NCBI GenBank assembly: GCA_015680685.1
Contig: MNCI01002984.1
Coordinates: 648,248 to 712,247 of the forward strand
Origin: Gnetum montanum
Taxonomy: Eukaryota; Plantae; Gnetophyta
Length of the DNA stretch: 64,000 bases
Direction of reading: 5' to 3'
The translations under genes and the position numbers were made by a program. The notes below the pieces were generated by a model, which was not told the DNA's origin, did no database searches, and was given only the letters and a program-made list of their open reading frames with translations. Of this stretch, positions 25,750-38,267 are shown piece by piece; position 1 is the stretch's first letter; the number at the start of each line of letters is the position of its first letter.

Positions 25750-27453
25750 TAGGAGAGGACATGGGTTGATGATATTTAGGAGAATGATAATGATGAGGTG
25801 AAGCAGAGGATGTTGATCCAGTTAGAGAAATAGGGTGTTGAACATAATAAGCACTTGATTTTGGGTGATACAAAGGGTGAGGCCAATTTGGTGATGGTCT
25901 CCCCCATGACTAGGGGTTTTGCCACTGTGGTTGAGCATAGTACTTCTATACAAAATCTAGATGTAGCATTATTCCCCAATGCTCATGTAAATGTGAAAAG
26001 ATTGGGCATTGGCCTTTGGGGTGATTGCACAGGCAAGCCTCACATTAATACTTATGATTTGTAGTTGAGTTCGTATCCTTATTTTCTTTAGTCCTTCTTT
26101 TCAATTGTTGAATGATGTTCTGTCTTGTTTCTAAGTTTGGCATCCTCTATTTGTTTTAGTTGTTAGAGTGATCTTGTGTGGTTCTACCTTTGATCATGCT
26201 TGTATATTCTCCACATTTTTCATGTACCCACTTTGTCATCTTATTGATTTTTGCCTCAATTTCATCTAGTGATTTTAGTATTGGCATAGATGGGGATGGT
26301 CCCACCTCCTTAAGGTGAGTTGATTTCTCCTCTTCATGATTATGGACCTTTGTTACTTTAATATTTTGGTCCTGTTGAGACCTTTCAACATTCTCCCATT
26401 TGACTATTTCTCCTTCTTCTTTTGCTACCTACTTAATAAGCCCTTGGAATTGGCAGGTTCGTAGTTCATATAGTTGACCTAGGACATACATCCCTAGGGT
26501 CTCCCTTGTTTCATTATGAAGCCCATCCATGATGTGACACATTAGCCTTTTCTCAGAGAACCCATGGCCTGGACATTTGTTTAACAATGAGTAATATCTT
26601 TCTAAGGCCATGTCCAAGGGTTCATGTTGCCCTTGTTTCCACTCTTGGAATTTCTCCTCAAGGCTGACACTCTTACACAGGTTTGATATCTTTCATTGAA
26701 TAGTTTCACCATTGTAGGCCAACAGTGAATCGAATTTGGTTTTAAAGACCTGTACCATACTTTTTCTTGGCCCACGAGTGTCATAGGAAAGAGCTTATGT
26801 CTTTGCCACCCATTATCAATGTTGTTCCATGCACAAACATCATAGAAGGCTTGTAAATGATGTTGTGAATCTAAATCATAGCCCCCTGAGAACTTAGAAA
26901 AGTTGTTTAAATCAAGCCTAGGTAGACAACTTGCCTTGCGATGCCTACAAGATATCTGAATAGCCTCTATTATATGCATTAGGCTCTCTATGGCTAGTAG
27001 GGGTTCATCGTCACTAAGTAGGTTGTGAGTTCGTGAGTTGGGATGATGTTGTCTATGTTCATGTTGGCATTCTTGATTTTGCCCATGGGTTCAATTTTTA
27101 TTTCTATGCTGATCCCTTGAGGAATAGTCATCAGTTTCATGACCTGATGTTGAAAGAGTAGAGGAATAAAGAGAACTGGAAGACTCATCATGACTTTTGT
27201 AAGTCTCCCAATCATCCCTTGATGTACTCTTGCTAACCATTGAGAAGGATCTAGGCCTTACAAGCCCCCTCGTTCTAGAGCTTTCTAAGTTGGATGACAA
27301 GAGTCCTTGAGTATCATTGGGATGTCCGTGAACATATGAAACTCCTGCATAAGATTGAGTACTCCAAAGTTTTTCTTCGTCATAAATTTCATTGGTTCTC
27401 CAATGAATTGCCTTGCTAGATGTTGTGTTCTCGTTGTCTTGTGAGAGAGACAT
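25750..27453 (-). pseudogene. Disrupted gag of element B
   Basis: KFSGGYDLDSQHHLQAFYDVC...KLFPMTLVGQEKVWYRSLKPNSIHCWPTMVKLFNERY and ERYYSLLNKCPGHGF, typical Athila-type gag. Confidence 0.85.
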
Positions 27454-29608
27454 TGTTGTGAATTATGTGTGACTTAATTAAATTTAACTTCTCTATTCGA
27501 AAGATATATCGTTAATACCTTATTACAGTGATTTTATATGATATAATTGATCTAGATAACTAGCACAGTCCCCGGCAACAGCACCAATGATGAGTGGCAA
27601 GGTACCCATATGCTCAACCATACGAATACGAGCATGTATGCACAATTCGGTCGAACTCCGTAGACGAACTAGTTGTGGCACCTAGATAGTTATACATTGA
27701 TCGTAGTTCGTTGTCTTCCCACTTAGATTACTATTTGCTTTGTCACGTATGGTTTAGTCCAAAGTGAGGTGTATAATGTGGTTTCTACTACTATGCTACT
27801 CCTAAGGACAATGAGAAGTAACTTAATTAAGCTTATAAGCAATAAGAAATAAAATCTAAGCTAGCCTAAGTGTGATGAGCATCCATCTTTAATCATCTGT
27901 ACACATCTTGAACTTTGTGTACTACTTCTGGGATTACCAAGTGCACATCACTCGAAACACTACTTAATACGTTACTCGGTTACCATGTAGTGACACTTAA
28001 ATGTTCATGATTAAGACGTACTCATTCCATGTTAATAATAGGAATAGTAAATGACAATAAAAGAAATATTAACTAAGAAAAAAATAATAAATAATTAAGA
28101 ATTAAACAATTAAAAACTAAGTGAATGTTATAATGATGGAGTAATCTTGATCTTTATTGCTGATTGTGTACATGTCCAAGTACATCACACTCGAACAAAG
28201 GTTTTGTACAATTACAAGCATCACACTGCAAGCATGCACTTGGGAAAAGAATTGAAAAATAACAAAAAAGACTCTAGACTCCTAATGACTAATTAATGAT
28301 TCCCATCCTGTGCACCTGAGTGCTATATTTATAGGCTAACACAGGAATCATGATATCCTGTATATGATATCATATCCAGGTTGCAATATCGCGTGCCTGA
28401 TATCATGTACCTGATATCGTGGCCTAGCAAACCGCGATTCATCAAGTGTTCTAGGAAATAATTTTAGTTTTTGCTAGTTATTTTCTATGTTTTTTAAGGT
28501 GCAGGAATCGTGAAAGGCTTGTAGATGATTTTGTAGATCAGAGTTATATCCACCCTCAAATCTTGGAATATTGTTCATGTTTAAGCACTTGATTTGACTA
28601 TCTTTCACATGCCTGGTTGGGATCTTGACTGCATTTGCAATATTAAGCATGCTTTGAGTTGCTAATAAAGGCTCATCATCAACATTATTTCATTGTCATT
28701 GATGATGTCCTCTGTTACCCCTTCAATTATTGTGGGCATGGAAGTTAGTATTATAATTTTGCTACCCACCTCCATCATGCTTGTTCCTTCTGTGGTGTTT
28801 TTTAGAATCAAAAGAAGAGTAAGAAGAAGATGTAGATGAAGAGGATGAAGAGGGAGGAGGACTACCATGACCATGGTATCTACCAACTCCCTTTTCATTG
28901 TCATGACCACGTTCATCAGGTTTCCTATCATCTTGATGCTTGTCCAAGTTCCTACCTTGACTACTATATATTTTTAAACCCAGTTTGTTGATAGTGGAAT
29001 GTAGATTCAAGTTCACACATCCATCACTAGGGTCAAGGATGGAGAATTTTCATGTTGAGAGCCTCTAGAGAAAGGACCCTTATTATTTGTCTTGGTTTAG
29101 TAGGATCAAGGGATTGGAGAACTGTTTTCCCTTCACAAACTCATGTTGCTTCTCCTAGTGTCAATCTCTTTGGCATTGTGTTTCAGTGGGATGGTAGTCT
29201 CAGTAGTCGTACATGCACAACAGACTCCTCTTGAAGATCATGGATGCCTAACTTCACAAGATTTTGAAGTAGCATCATGGACACAAATTGATCAGGAGGC
29301 ATTACAATGTTACCTTCCATATCACACCATCATAATTGTTCATCCTGGTGCAGAATGAAGGTGAAATTAGGCACATACTCATCTGGATGAGTATATATCA
29401 CCTTGCACTAGTGAGGAATTAATAGTTTAACATCTTCATGCTTGTGAGAAAAAGACATTTTGCAAACAAATAAAATATTAGTGTTCTTTTGTAATTATAT
29501 AATTTGAGAATGATGTCAACCTTGGGGTTTGTCCGATGATATTAATAATGTTCACTAATCCTAGATAACGCACATTTCAACAAAAAGAGTCCTTAGCAAT
29601 GGTGCCAA

Positions 29609-30517
29609 TGATGAGCAGTGAAGTTACCCTTACTCTCAACCATATGAATCACAAAGTGTTCACGCACAATTCAGTCAAATTTTGAAGATTGTGTGTCTTC
29701 CGGTACACTAGTTGTTTAGGAAGTGAACTCTGTCCTAATGGTCATTCATTGTCTTCCCAATTACACCTGTGATGTACAAAGGTATGGTTAAGTGTAATTG
29801 AGGCATATGATTTTTATTGTTTTATGTTTTATGTTCTTTGGCACTTAAATAGAGAGATCAAGTATTTTAATAACTAATTTAATTTAACTACTTTACTAGT
29901 CTCTAACTACTCCCAACATATGCATATGGTCCTACTTTTCTTACACGTCTTGAATCCACTATTGGGTTACCAAGTGCTACGCTACTAGGCGCACCAAGTA
30001 ATAACATTGTTGGAATTACCAAGAAAATATGTGTTTACACTTGAAGCAGTTGTACTTATATGTTTAATCTATTTAGCTTAAATAATTAAAGAATTGCTTA
30101 AAGGTTAATTTAGCTTAATTAATTACATATTTAATGAAAACAATGAATGCATAAATAAATCATTAATATATTCTAAGGGCTGCAAGGTTTGATCAAAAGG
30201 CTCATCTTTATTGCCATACACACTGGTGTGGTTCAAGTATAATAATGCTCAAATCAAGATCTGTACAACTTTTGACTCCTACTGTGAGCATTAAGAGAAA
30301 TATTCTATCGTTCAAATGGAAAAACTGTAAGAGCTATGCTACTACTATGACTTCATCTCCCATAAAGATAGCTGTAAGCACTTATTTATAGTTTTTACTA
30401 TAGGGCTACGTTGACAAGGCTTCGTAGATGTAGCAAACGCTACATCGACATAGCCTTATTGACGGGGCAATACCATGTAAATGGGGCCTTGTTGACACAA
30501 CACTTTGACACTCATCA
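29609..30517 (-). repeat. 5' LTR of element A
   Basis: Direct repeat of 8383-9313, followed on the minus strand by the PBS. Confidence 0.93.
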
Positions 30518-30599
30518 ACCCTCATTCAAAAGTGCCCAAATGGGTTTTCACTTCTTACCAAAGGCTTATTGTTAATAAAAAAAACTAAATAAAGAAACA

Positions 30600-30930
30600 T
30601 TTAAAAATTCAACTAAAGCATTAGCTATTGAATAATATCATCTTAAATTAAAAATGAAAGAAAATTAGCTACAAAATCTATGTGAAAAACCACATTCCAT
30701 TGAAATTTCCATATGGCATAAATAATAAGAGGATAAAAGCAATACCAAATATGAACTAGAAATTCTTGAAGTTGAGGAGTGTCATTAAATAAAACTTTAT
30801 CTAATCTTGGATGAAAATCATGTAAATACTTGTTATGCCAAGTCCAAGAGCTATGAGCAAGAGAACAAGTAAAAAAAATAAGACAAAATAGAAAAAGGAG
30901 AAATTTGAGCTTCATTTCAAGTAAGACCTC
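30600..30930 (-). mobile_element. LINE ORF2 C-terminal fragment
   Basis: FFTCSLAHSSW...IIYAIWKFQWNVVF resembles the zf-RVT end and WxIWKxRNxxxF motif of plant L1 elements. Confidence 0.5.
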
Positions 30931-30999
30931 TAAGAAGTTGTTGAGTAAAAAGCAAGGCTATTCTACATCATCTATTAATTAGCTAGAAACAAGTGAAGT

Positions 31000-33293
31000 A
31001 TATTAGATTCTAGTAGTCAAAGAGTTTAGTGATGTATTCAAAATAAAAAACCCTATTTTTCCCTAAATATGAGATGTTGAATTAAAGATAGTTTTGAAAC
31101 TAAATGCTAAACCTATTTCCAAGGCATTTCATCAAATGTCACTAGTAGAACTAGTAGAATTAAACCTATAAATTCAAAAGTTGATAGGAAGAGGCTTTAT
31201 ACATCTAAGTGTATCTCCATAGAATGCAACAATGTGTTTTTGTGAAGAAGAAGAATAGGAGTTTGAGGTTTTACATAGACTACAAGGAATTAAATCAAGT
31301 AACTATTAGAAACAAATATGCATTGCCTTAAATAAATGACTTATTTAGCCAATCAAAAGATACATAGGTATTCTAAAGATTCATTTGCAATTTGGCTATC
31401 ATCAAGTGAGAATAAAAAAAGAGAAGATTTTCAGAATGACTTTCAAAACTAGATATAAATATAATGAGTTTTTTTATCATTCCTTAAACTCCCTAATATA
31501 ATAGCAATCTTTATGAATTTGATTAAAAATGTTATATATCCTTACTTGGATCAATTTTTCATCATCTTTATTGATGAAATTTTGATTTATTCTAAGGTTG
31601 AGTAGGAATATAAGTAGTTTTCGAGGACAATATTATACATGTTAAAAGAACACCAACTATATGCTCAACCATCTAAATGTTTCTTTTAGAGAAAAGAGAT
31701 TCAATTTCTAGGGTATGTTGTCTCAAGTAATAGCATTTCCATGGACCCAGGGGAGATAGCAATAACCAAAGATTAGTTGGTTCCAAAGAATGTACAAGAA
31801 GTTAGGATCTTTCCTAGTCTTGTTGGATATTACAAAACATTCATACAAAATTTTTTCAAGATAGCTACTTCATTAACTAAATTACTCAAGAAAGAATGTG
31901 TTTTCAGATGGATTAGTACTTAGAAAATGGCTTTTGATGACTTGAAGTAGATATTGACTTCCATATCTATTATAATATCTTCTACTCCTAGGAAGCCTTA
32001 TGATGTCTACACAAATGCTTTAGGTAAAGGTTTTGAATGTGTGTTCATATAGGATGATAAAGTGATAGCCTCTACATCTCATCAATTAAGGTTGCATGAC
32101 CATTGATATCCAACACATAATTTAGGGTTTAGTGCCATTGTTTCTACCTTAAAAATATGGGGCCATTAATTATATGATGAGTGAATTATAATGTGGATAG
32201 ATTAGAATGACTTACAAAATATCATGAATTAATCACAATTGAACATGAGGCAAAGGAGATGGATAAAGATACTGGTTGATTTAAACTTTACTATTCATTA
32301 TCATCTTAGAAAGGGAAATTTAATCATAAATGCTTTGAGTAGGATAGTTGGAAAACTCTACAACATGACTATCCTACCCAACTATAGGAAGAGTAATGAT
32401 ATTCTTTCTCAACAATGATCAAATCCTTAGTACAAGAAAGAGGTGTTGAAAAAGAAGAATGATGATAAGACATTTTTAATTAAGTACATACCAAATGCAC
32501 TTAGGTGGAGAAAATATATTAGAATTTGAAGAGATAATTTTGAAATTCTAGTATGAAGAAAGATATTGATGAGTTTATGGCCAAATGTCTAACTTATTAG
32601 CAAGTTAAAGGGTAACATCAAAGACCTAGTAGATGTTTGTACTTACACAACATACTTGAGTGGAAGGGGAAAGTAATGGGCATGGATTACTTCACAAGGT
32701 TGCCAAATACAAGAAGTGGAAAGGATGCTATACTAATTCTTATTGAATTTATAACTAGGTTATTCCATTTTTTGGGCATGAAAGTGATAGCCACTGAAAA
32801 GAAAATTTCTAAATTATTTTTTGTACAAATTATGAGATTACATGGTGTTCCTATAAGATTTGTCTTAGATAAAGATGCTACATTCACTTGCAAATTATGG
32901 CATGCTTTTCAATTAGCTATGGGTATTATGTTAAATTTGAGTTTAGCCTATCATCCTTAGATAAATGGACAACAAATAGACAAATCAGATTTTGGAGGAC
33001 ATGCTAAAGGCATATGATCTTAAGTGTAGAGATAACTAGGACACCTTGTTACTATTGGTTGAATTTCCATATAACAAAAATTATCATTCTAGTCTCAAGG
33101 TTGCCCCCATAAGGTTTTATATGGAAGGCCATGTCACATACTATTGTGCAAGAATGTAGTTAATGACAGATAGTTAGTCAATACAAATATTACAAAAAGA
33201 ATATTTGTGTAAGTGCATATGATTAGAAATAAAGGATAGCTTAGGAAAGGTATGTAAAGTATGCTAATGGGAGAATAAGATCCTTGCAATTTG
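31000..33293 (+). mobile_element. Highly decayed Ty3/gypsy (Tekay/Del-like) pol fragment
   Basis: [40 protein letters not shown] (RT), YDVYTNALGKGFECV (RNase H), MDYFTRLP...RLHGVPIRFVLDKD...SLAYHP (integrase); many stops; no LTR pair recognised. Confidence 0.9.
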
Positions 33294-33295
33294 TT

Positions 33296-33321
33296 GTGTG
33301 TGTGTGTGTGTGTGTGTGTGT
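33296..33321. repeat. (TG)n microsatellite
   Basis: About 13 TG units followed by a T run. Confidence 0.95.
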
Positions 33322-35279
33322 TTTTTTTCTTGAAAATTTAAAGAAACTACAATCCTCAATTAACTCATAGCCACCTTGTGTTTATTATTACAATTAAATT
33401 AGACTTTTAGCCTACCTGTGGTGAGATAATGATTCCATTTGCAAACTCCTCTAGTTATAAGACTTTCATTTACTATCAAGATAAAATCCTCCACACCATT
33501 GCAATGCCTCTAACAAGTTAGTGTTGCATTATGCATGATAGAGATAACTTGTGCTTTAGATTGTTTATGATAACTTGCTGATAATGTTTGACATGTGGCT
33601 AGGTTACAAGGGTATTTATATACTTAACATTTGTATAGTATATAAGTATCCTAGTTTTATGCTCTATGTTTATGATTTCAATTTTCTATATTCACTAATC
33701 CTATTGGTCTTTATAGCTAGATATCATGATATTGGAACAATTTACATGCTTTGGGGATAATTTGTGAGGTATGATGGATGTGATGATATTTTTGACAATG
33801 TATATGATGTTAATGTTAATTTATGCAACATGTGCTTGGTTAGTATGATCTTGTGGGATTGGATAGATGCTTTATAATAAGTGTCATGAAGCTTAGGATT
33901 TCAACTTCTAAATTATGAGTTATGATGTTAGAATGGTAGGAACCTATAAAAATACTTTATTTCAAAGGTTGATACCCATGAATTTTATATTATGCTTTAG
34001 AAGATTTGTTTTTAAATGAGCACGGTATGTGATCCTTAAATAAAGGTAAATTGTTTTGGAATTATGAAGTTGTTTGTTGGGTACATAATACCCATGATCT
34101 TGGAATTAGATTAAAGGTATTTATAAATCTTGGTTCTATTTCTCTTTTGTTACTTGACATCTAAGAAAATTGAAATAAGAGACTATGATGATCTAGAGCT
34201 TAGGGTAGTGGATCCACTCTTTAGATTTAACATTTTTCTCCTTCCTTTACCACTATTTCATGTCTAGAAGTCTCTTGGATGTGTGTTTCATGATCTTTTC
34301 CAACTAAGAATTCATTTTCACTTGTCTAGTAGGCATTTGTCATGGATTTTTCTTTTTCATTGTTTTAGATTCAATAGGATTTGTACTTTATGATGCTAAA
34401 TTCATTTAAGATCACTTTGGATGCTTTTCTCATAATTGTACATGTCTTCAATTAGCAAGAGTTTCTTAACATTTTGTGTGATTTGTTTGTTGAAATGTAT
34501 AATAAGAATTTGGGCTAAATGATGTCTCTTAATCATTGATTCCTATCTCTAATTAATGGTCTAAGCTTAGCTGGATCAAATTATTTGATTTGAAAATCTT
34601 AAGTATCTTTACCTATGATTTTGGTTTCCTATTTTAGTGAAAATTGTGAAATCTAATTTCCTTATGGTGTAGAAAATCCTATCTTATGGCATCTATTTGT
34701 AACTGTTCTAGTGCTTATGAACTAGTTGACTAGTCAATGTGATTAACCACATGTACAATCAACCAAATTGATCCACATAATTGTTCTCATTAATGGCTAC
34801 AAATGAAAAAATTATATCTTCCAAACCATTTCCTCTCAGTAACATCCTTGTCTAAATGTTCTAAAAATTGTAGATTTTCATTATTATAGCTTGAGACTCT
34901 AGAAGTGATGCATATGCTTTTGATCTTGTCATTTGAGGCTCTAGTTTACTCACTTGAGCACTCATAGTTTGGGTAACATGAGAGTACTTTTTCATTTTTT
35001 TGAGCCAACTTGAGTATCTCTGCTCACCAACCTAATCCAATACCATATAGAAAAATTAATCAATGATCTAAATCTATGATTTTAAACTTTATCATGGTGA
35101 GCATGATTAAAATAGGAATGAAGAGAAAATTTCAAGGTAGTCTTACAAGAATGATTGATGTTATCATTATTGCTAGCAATGGAATGTCTTTGTATTTAAC
35201 TCACCAAAAACAAATAAAGCAACATAAATGTAACTATAGAAATGTGAATTTTGTAAAAAAATAATCATATTAACTAAAA

Positions 35280-36260
35280 TTGAAATTGAAGTTTTATTAT
35301 GTCTAAAGTTCCAAAGGATCTAGTAAACAGGCATTACGTTTGTATCATAAAAGTTAAATATCAACTAAATAAAGTGGCTAACATTGGATGTAACAATATC
35401 ATATAGAATTTCTTTTGCAATATTATCTTTTTATTTCAAATGTTCAATTTAAGGGCAACTAAGAAACACATTATGCCCATCCACATGATCTTCTAATTCA
35501 CATAGCCTAAATGCATGTTCTTCTCTAGAAATTTGAATCCATCTTTTACTTTCCATCTTAAGATAATGTGAACTCAAATGAAGTTTATTAATAAAAATAC
35601 ATCTCATCAAGAGTTCAATTGATAAATAGCAAAGTTTTAAGTATAACTGGCTATCACTTCTACATTCCAAATAATTTTTTTACTTTCCTTTTATACTTGA
35701 TCATAACTTTGTTAGAACCTACTACCAAAGCAACTTACAAATGTGCTTTGAATTATTTTGTATATCCTTCAATAAGATATCCCATGTCTTCAACCATTGT
35801 GCCCCTTGGAAATATATTCCATGCTTCTTTGTGTCTTCAAGAACTATTTTATAAAATTTGATATGCTTTATTTTTTAAAATTTTTGAATATATGCCATAA
35901 ACTAACAAATAGCTTCTACTTCTAGATAAAGTAGGTTACACTTTAACAGAGGCATCGACTAGGGTATTTATGCCTTTACCTTTAATTCATCAAGTAAATA
36001 TATTTTATATACTCTTTAGTGGTTCTCCAATTTTTTGTACTAAGACCTTGTTCCCAAACTGTGCATAATATAATATGATAAATGATTAACTAAAGATTTC
36101 TTTTCTAACCTTCTAAGCCCAAACTCCTAATGTCATACATATATTTTTAATTGCATCAAGAGCTTTTATCCCTCCTGCTATTCTATCCTGAATGCATTTA
36201 TCCTATCTTTAATTATTCACATATTGAGAACCCAAATATCTAAAAGAGTACATGATTTGT
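35280..36260 (-). mobile_element. Degenerate LINE ORF2 fragment (RT end to zf-RVT)
   Basis: FRYLG motif at ~36232-36246 and LCELEDHVDGHNVFLSCP (C..E...H.F..CP) at ~35452-35505. Confidence 0.6.
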
Positions 36261-36669
36261 ACATTATAATCACCAAATTAACAAATAAATAAATGCACTA
36301 GTCAACAACTATCCATAACTATACATTACTTGTACTAAATTGGGATAGTTACAACCATGGACATAAAACACATATGATTGACCACCACTATGTTCAAAAA
36401 TTACACTAATGATGATGTTTGATATTTCCAACAAGGACTAGGCATGTGATTGAGGCAATTCCTGATATAGCATCTTTTTCTCCGTTATCATACAGTGAAG
36501 AGGTACAAGAAGATATCAATAAAAGCTATCTAGAGTTTGTGAAAAAAGAATCAGTTGAACAAGGAAATCAACTAATCTATACAAAGACTACACAACCTCC
36601 AAGTAGAAGATCACCAAGAGAATAATAACCATTATTGACATATGCTACTACTAAGTACATCCTTCTTAC

Positions 36670-37835
36670 TAATGAGAGGAACCAAAGAATTTTTAAAAAT
36701 CACTAACTCATAGTGATAAAACATGTTAGTTACAAGCCATGAAAGAAGAGTTGAGTTGATTGTAGAAAAACTTCACATACGAGTTGGTTGAACTTCCTAA
36801 GGGTAGAAAGGCACTCAAAAGTAAATGGCCTTTTAAACTCAAGAAAGATAGAAATGACAAGCTTAAAAGGACAAAGCTTATATGGTGATGAAAGAATTTG
36901 GACAAAAGAAAAGTATTGATTTTGATGAGATCTTATCTCTAGTTATTAACATGGATTCCATTCAAATAGTTCTTAACTTGGCAACTAGCATGAACCTTGA
37001 ACCTTAATAACTAGATGTGAAGATTTCTTTTCTTCATGGTGATTTAGAGGAAGAAAATCATATGAAAGAGGTAGAAGTCTTTATTAAAGGAAAGGATCAC
37101 ATGGTTTGCAAATTAAAGAGTCTATATGGGTTAAAGCAAGCATCCAACAGTAGTAATATAAGTTTGACTAATTCATGATGAGTTATGGCTACATAAGAAC
37201 ATGTTCTGATTCATGCATCCACTTTAAAATGTTCCCTAGTGAGAAGTTCATAATCTTTTATTATAGGTAAATTATATGCTAATAGTGGGAGAATAGCACC
37301 TAGTTAGTGGGTTGAAAAAACAATTCTTCAAGTCCTTTGACATGAATGATATATAATCGACACAACAAATCTTAGAGATGATAGTTATTCATGACAGAAA
37401 AGTTAAGAAGCTATGGCTATTACAAGAGAAATATATTAAACAAGTGCTTAGAAGATTCAACATGAAGAATGCTAGGCTAGTTAGCACTCCACTCACTGGT
37501 CATTTCAAGTTAAGCAAGAAAGTATGTCCTACCACAAAGGAAGAGAAAGGAGAAGCGGCACTTAATCCTCATTCCTTAGCAATTGGGAGTTTAATGTATG
37601 CTATCATTTGTACCTAGCTAATTATTGCTCATGTAGTTGGCATTATAAGTAACTTTCTTAATGCTCATGGTAGAGTGCATTGAAAAGTAGTAAAGTGGAT
37701 ACTAGGATATTTAAGGGGAAGTTCTAATATATGATTATATTTGGAAGGACTTGCACCAATGTTGATATGGTTGGAGATTCAATGGTAAAAAGTCTAGTTT
37801 TGGATATCTAGGTACATTTGCAAGAGAAGTTATCT
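36670..37835 (+). mobile_element. Decayed Ty1/copia reverse transcriptase fragment
   Basis: [40 protein letters not shown], decayed YVDD (*VNYMLIVG), IGSLMYAIICT, VKWILGYLRG. Confidence 0.92.
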
Positions 37836-38139
37836 CTTCAAAACTAATAAAACTTTAAAATAGATAATAGACATGCAATGTATAAAAACACTTGATTTAG
37901 AAAATTTAATTTGCAAGTCTAAAAGTGTTTGAACTATAAAATCAAATTTATAATTTTCAACATAATTACAACCCTACTTTTATATGTTACATGGACATAA
38001 CTTTAGACATTAATTTTTTAAAAAAAATTAAATATAAATTTATTTATTAATGTTGGAAATAACATATTCTTCTAAACTTTAACTTTATAAAGGTACTTTA
38101 CAGCACAATGCCTTGAGGGGAAGGGGGCCATGGTGTCAA

Positions 38140-38267
38140 AACCATATAGCCAAAAGCACATATTAGAAGAATTATACAAGAATATAACGATGCTTCAAGT
38201 ATGACTCAAATTAGTAAGCTCTTGCTTAATAAGACAATGACTTAACTGCTTAAGCCACCTATCACTA
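38140..38267 (-). mobile_element. Dispersed ~125-bp repeat with tRNA-like head (putative SINE), copy 1
   Basis: Similar to 60288-60414; minus strand has A-box-like TGGCTTAAGCAGTTAAG and decayed B-box-like AATTTGAGTC. Confidence 0.55.

Larger units (their letters stand above)
19306..28444 (-). mobile_element. Nested non-autonomous Athila-type LTR element (element B): gag + accessory ORF, no pol
   Basis: LTRs 19306-20147 and 27588-28444; perfect TSD AGTGT (19301-19305, 28445-28449); PBS TTGGTGCTGTTGCCGGGGAC (tRNA-Asp type); PPT next to the left LTR (20148-20160); no RT, RNase H or integrase motifs seen in the 7.4-kb interior. Confidence 0.92.
8383..30517 (-). mobile_element. Full-length decayed Athila-type Ty3/gypsy LTR retrotransposon (element A) containing nested element B
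   Basis: LTRs 8383-9313 and 29609-30517 (TGATGAG...CTCATCA); TSD GCCCT/ACCCT (one mismatch); tRNA-Asp-type PBS TTGGCACCATTGCTAAGG next to the right LTR on minus; PPT (CATGGGGGTA) next to the left LTR; order gag-PR-RT-RH-IN-accessory ORF. Confidence 0.93.
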
